From: Bacilli bacterium
Lineage (GTDB): Bacteria; Bacillota_I; Bacilli_A; RF39; UBA660
Assembly: GCA_051872635.1 (NCBI GenBank)
Contig: JBJEEA010000014.1
Span: 1,944-63,851 of the forward strand
DNA: 61,908 nt
Direction of reading: 5' to 3'
Part shown: positions 59,196-61,908 of the stretch, one piece after another
How the letters are laid out: every line of letters begins with the position of its first letter
How positions within the stretch are numbered: the stretch's first letter is position 1
Notes under the pieces: model-generated
The model's input: only the letters and a program-made list of their open reading frames with translations
The model's database searches: none
What the model was told of the DNA's origin: nothing
Made by a program: the position numbers and the translations under genes

Positions 59196-61190
59196 ATGAA
59201 TAAATTAACAGGATATCCGCATATTGATAGACCATGGATGAAATATTATGATGAAAGTATTGTCAATATGGAAGAACCTAAAACTAATTTGACTGAATAT
59301 TTAAAAATAAAAACAGATGGTAATAGATCACTATTAGCTCATACATATTATGGTAAAGATATGACGTTAGATGAATTTTTTTATAAAGTTGATATTGCAT
59401 CAAAAGTTTTGACAGAATTAGGTGTAAAAAAGGGTGAAATAGTAATGAATATGCTTCCTAATATACCTGAAGCTGCTCAAATATGGCTTGGATGTGCTCA
59501 AATTGGTGCTATAGCGGATTTTATTGATCCAAGACCAGATAGTATGGATATAATGGCTAATGCTCAAAAAGTATTAGAAGTAATTAAATATGAAAAAGCT
59601 AAATATATAGTAGCTTTGGATAGATGTTATCTTGCAATGTTAAAACCAATAGAACAAGAATTGAAAGAATTAGGAATTGAAAAAATTGTTATTATATCCG
59701 CTAGTGATTCTATGAATTTAGTGGGAAAGATTGATTATTTGAAAGATGTTCTTAAATATAATGAATTAAAAAATATAAGAAATGATAGTTTAAATGTTAA
59801 AAAATTGAGATCTTATGAAGTATTATTGAGTAGAATAAGTAGTATGCAAAAAGAAGAAAGAATGTTTAAAGATGCTATTAATAGTAGTATATTAAAAGTA
59901 CTTAGATATAGTGATTTAGTAGGCGAATGTAAATATACAAAATTTCAAATTGATACTGCTATTAATACAGTTAATTATATCGGTCATACTTCTGGTACTA
60001 GTGGTGCAAGGCCAAAACCAATACCCGCTACTAATAAAAACGGTATTTCAGCATTAGAACAATTAGTGAAAGGTAATGCAAGTTTTAATAAAGGTGATAA
60101 TGCTTTGCATGTTCTTCCATATTTTGCACCATTTGGAGCTTATGATAATTATTTGTTCAATATTGTATGTTGTGCTAATAATATTGATGTACCGGAATTT
60201 GAAATAAATGAATTTGGATATTTAATAAAGAAATATCATCCTAATATTGTTATGGGAACTCCTGCTTGGTTAGCGGCACTTCCAGATTATAGTTATTTAA
60301 CTGATGAAGATTTATCATGTATACATACAATTATTTATGGTGGAGATTCTATGTCTCCTTCTGATGAAGAGAAGGTTAATAAATGGCTTAAAGCTCATGG
60401 TAGTAATGCTGAAATAGAAAAAGGTTATGGTATGAGTGAATTTCTTGGCTGTGGTTCTTATGCTCAAGATAGCTATAATAAACTTGGATCAATAGGAATA
60501 CCATTACCTAATACTATTTATTCAATTGTTGATCCTAATATTGATGATAGATTAGTTCCACTAAAATTTAATGAAGGCGAAGAGAGATTAAAAGGAGAAC
60601 TTGTAGTTTCATCTGATGCTGTAACTGATGGAAAGCTTCATGGCGACATTATTGTTCCAAGATATGAAATGAATGATAAAAGTTATATTAGAACTAGAGA
60701 TTTAGTAGAAATGGATAGAGATGGTATTTTTTATCATGAATCAAGAAAAGATAGATCGTTTACTAGATTTGATGGATATAAAATAAAACCGTATGAAATA
60801 GAAAGTATAATTGAGAAAAATGCTATGGTAAAATATGCAAAATTAGTAGAATATTTTGACGATAGACAAAGAGGAATTATGCCTATATGCCATTTGGTAT
60901 TAAATGATAATAGTTTAACTGCAGAAGAACAAATAGAAGTTGTTAGAGATATTGTCTATAATAATATAATTGGTAATCCGACAATGTCGTCAAGGCAAAT
61001 TCCTTCTAAATTTAAAATAAGAATGGAAATGCCACTTACTAAAAATAGTAAAATTGATTTTAATGCTTTAAAAAATGAACCGTTAGATGGTAGTGAAATA
61101 AATGTAGATGTAAGTGAAACTAATTTAACTGTTGATCATATTCAAATATATAGAGGTAGTAGAAATATTAAAATAAAAATAAAAAAATAA
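59196..61190 (+). CDS. Adenylate-forming enzyme (acyl-CoA synthetase/AMP-binding family), copy 2
   Basis: HTSGTSGARPK, GYGMSE, TRD, GYKIKP, MPLTKNSK. Confidence 0.88.
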   Translation: MNKLTGYPHIDRPWMKYYDESIVNMEEPKTNLTEYLKIKTDGNRSLLAHTYYGKDMTLDEFFYKVDIASKVLTELGVKKGEIVMNMLPNIPEAAQIWLGCAQIGAIADFIDPRPDSMDIMANAQKVLEVIKYEKAKYIVALDRCYLAMLKPIEQELKELGIEKIVIISASDSMNLVGKIDYLKDVLKYNELKNIRNDSLNVKKLRSYEVLLSRISSMQKEERMFKDAINSSILKVLRYSDLVGECKYTKFQIDTAINTVNYIGHTSGTSGARPKPIPATNKNGISALEQLVKGNASFNKGDNALHVLPYFAPFGAYDNYLFNIVCCANNIDVPEFEINEFGYLIKKYHPNIVMGTPAWLAALPDYSYLTDEDLSCIHTIIYGGDSMSPSDEEKVNKWLKAHGSNAEIEKGYGMSEFLGCGSYAQDSYNKLGSIGIPLPNTIYSIVDPNIDDRLVPLKFNEGEERLKGELVVSSDAVTDGKLHGDIIVPRYEMNDKSYIRTRDLVEMDRDGIFYHESRKDRSFTRFDGYKIKPYEIESIIEKNAMVKYAKLVEYFDDRQRGIMPICHLVLNDNSLTAEEQIEVVRDIVYNNIIGNPTMSSRQIPSKFKIRMEMPLTKNSKIDFNALKNEPLDGSEINVDVSETNLTVDHIQIYRGSRNIKIKIKK

Positions 61191-61208
61191 GAATAGGATA
61201 GGGATATT

Positions 61209-61908
61209 ATGCAAAATGTACAGGGATTTTTATTAATAAATATATATGCTTTATTATTAATATTAGCAATTAGTATAATTTTCTTTGGTAAAAAAAGATT
61301 AAGACAAGTAGAAGATGAATTATATAAAAAATTTTTAATAACTAATATATTTATATCTGTTAGTGGATTATTACTTGGATTTGTTGTTAGTCCATTATTT
61401 CCTTATAATGAAATAATAATATCTATATTTAATAAATTATATTTAATAAGCCTTGCATTTTGGATATATATATTAACTTTTTATATTGCATTTATATCAT
61501 TAAAAAATGGTAATATAAAAATATATAATAAGGTATTTGATATTATAAGTATTATAAGTGTATTATTAATATTAGTTCTTCCTATAAATGTAAGTATTAC
61601 TTCTACAGGTGGAGCGGTTGCTGTTGGACCATCTGTTACGTTTACATATATTATGTTTGGTATAGGCTTTCTTTTTCAATTAGGATGTTTGGCTTCAAAT
61701 TATAAGAATCTTAAAAATAAAAAATATATTCCGTTATATTTATTAATATTATTTGGAAGTATTATTTTAATAATTCAAATAATTAATCCTTCATTAAATT
61801 ATATAATAAATCCTACTCTTATTTTTATAGCATTTATTATGTATCATACTATTGAAAATCCTGATGTAAAAATGCTTGAAGAAGTACATAAAGCTAAAGA
61901 AATAAGTG
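61209..61908 (+). CDS. Second membrane sensor (paralog of 57383-59149), 3' truncated by window end
   Basis: ATG 61209, about 7 TM, NKKYIP, TIENPDVKMLEEVHKAKEIS shared with copy 1. Confidence 0.8.
   Translation, partial: MQNVQGFLLINIYALLLILAISIIFFGKKRLRQVEDELYKKFLITNIFISVSGLLLGFVVSPLFPYNEIIISIFNKLYLISLAFWIYILTFYIAFISLKNGNIKIYNKVFDIISIISVLLILVLPINVSITSTGGAVAVGPSVTFTYIMFGIGFLFQLGCLASNYKNLKNKKYIPLYLLILFGSIILIIQIINPSLNYIINPTLIFIAFIMYHTIENPDVKMLEEVHKAKEIS

Noticed and set aside
1-61908. Mycoplasma-type genetic code 4 given the low GC
   Set aside because: Long genes are open in code 11, Trp is TGG, and TGA ends genes at expected positions

Overview
Very AT-rich Firmicutes (Bacilli-like) DNA; standard genetic code (TGA used as stop). 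About 1-33.2 kb is the right part of an integrative conjugative element (ICE) whose left end is outside the window. It carries surface proteins and a sortase, regulators, a Gram-positive T4SS (VirB2/B6/B3/B4-like, M23 hydrolase, VirD4), a putative oriT with MobL relaxase, an SOS-boxed Y-family polymerase/YolD pair, a 2125-aa ArdC-N/methyltransferase/SNF2 protein and a large serine recombinase. Three related att-like sites (33158, 40811, 41710) follow, the first inside the recombinase 3' end. They delimit two tandem cassettes. Cassette 1 (33.2-40.8 kb) holds an XRE regulator, a parB pseudogene and a tightly coupled 7-gene nucleotide/DNA-base-processing operon (HAD phosphatase, radical SAM, maleate-isomerase-like, HhH-GPD glycosylase-like, dNMP kinase, PfkB+P-loop kinase fusion, MazG); I do not recognise it as a described pathway and it is the top candidate for a new system. 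Cassette 2 (40.8-41.7 kb) is a type III toxin-antitoxin with covarying pseudoknot repeats. From 41.7 kb the DNA looks chromosomal: tRNA-Ile2/Met(CAT), tRNA-Leu(TAG), a tyrosine integrase relic, ZIP transporter, gerK-type operon, two paralogous coiled-coil proteins, scpA-scpB-ruvB, and two tandem modules pairing an adenylate-forming enzyme with a membrane sensor (the complete sensor is a hybrid kinase lacking its phospho-His). All family assignments come from motif recognition by eye; no database searches were run.
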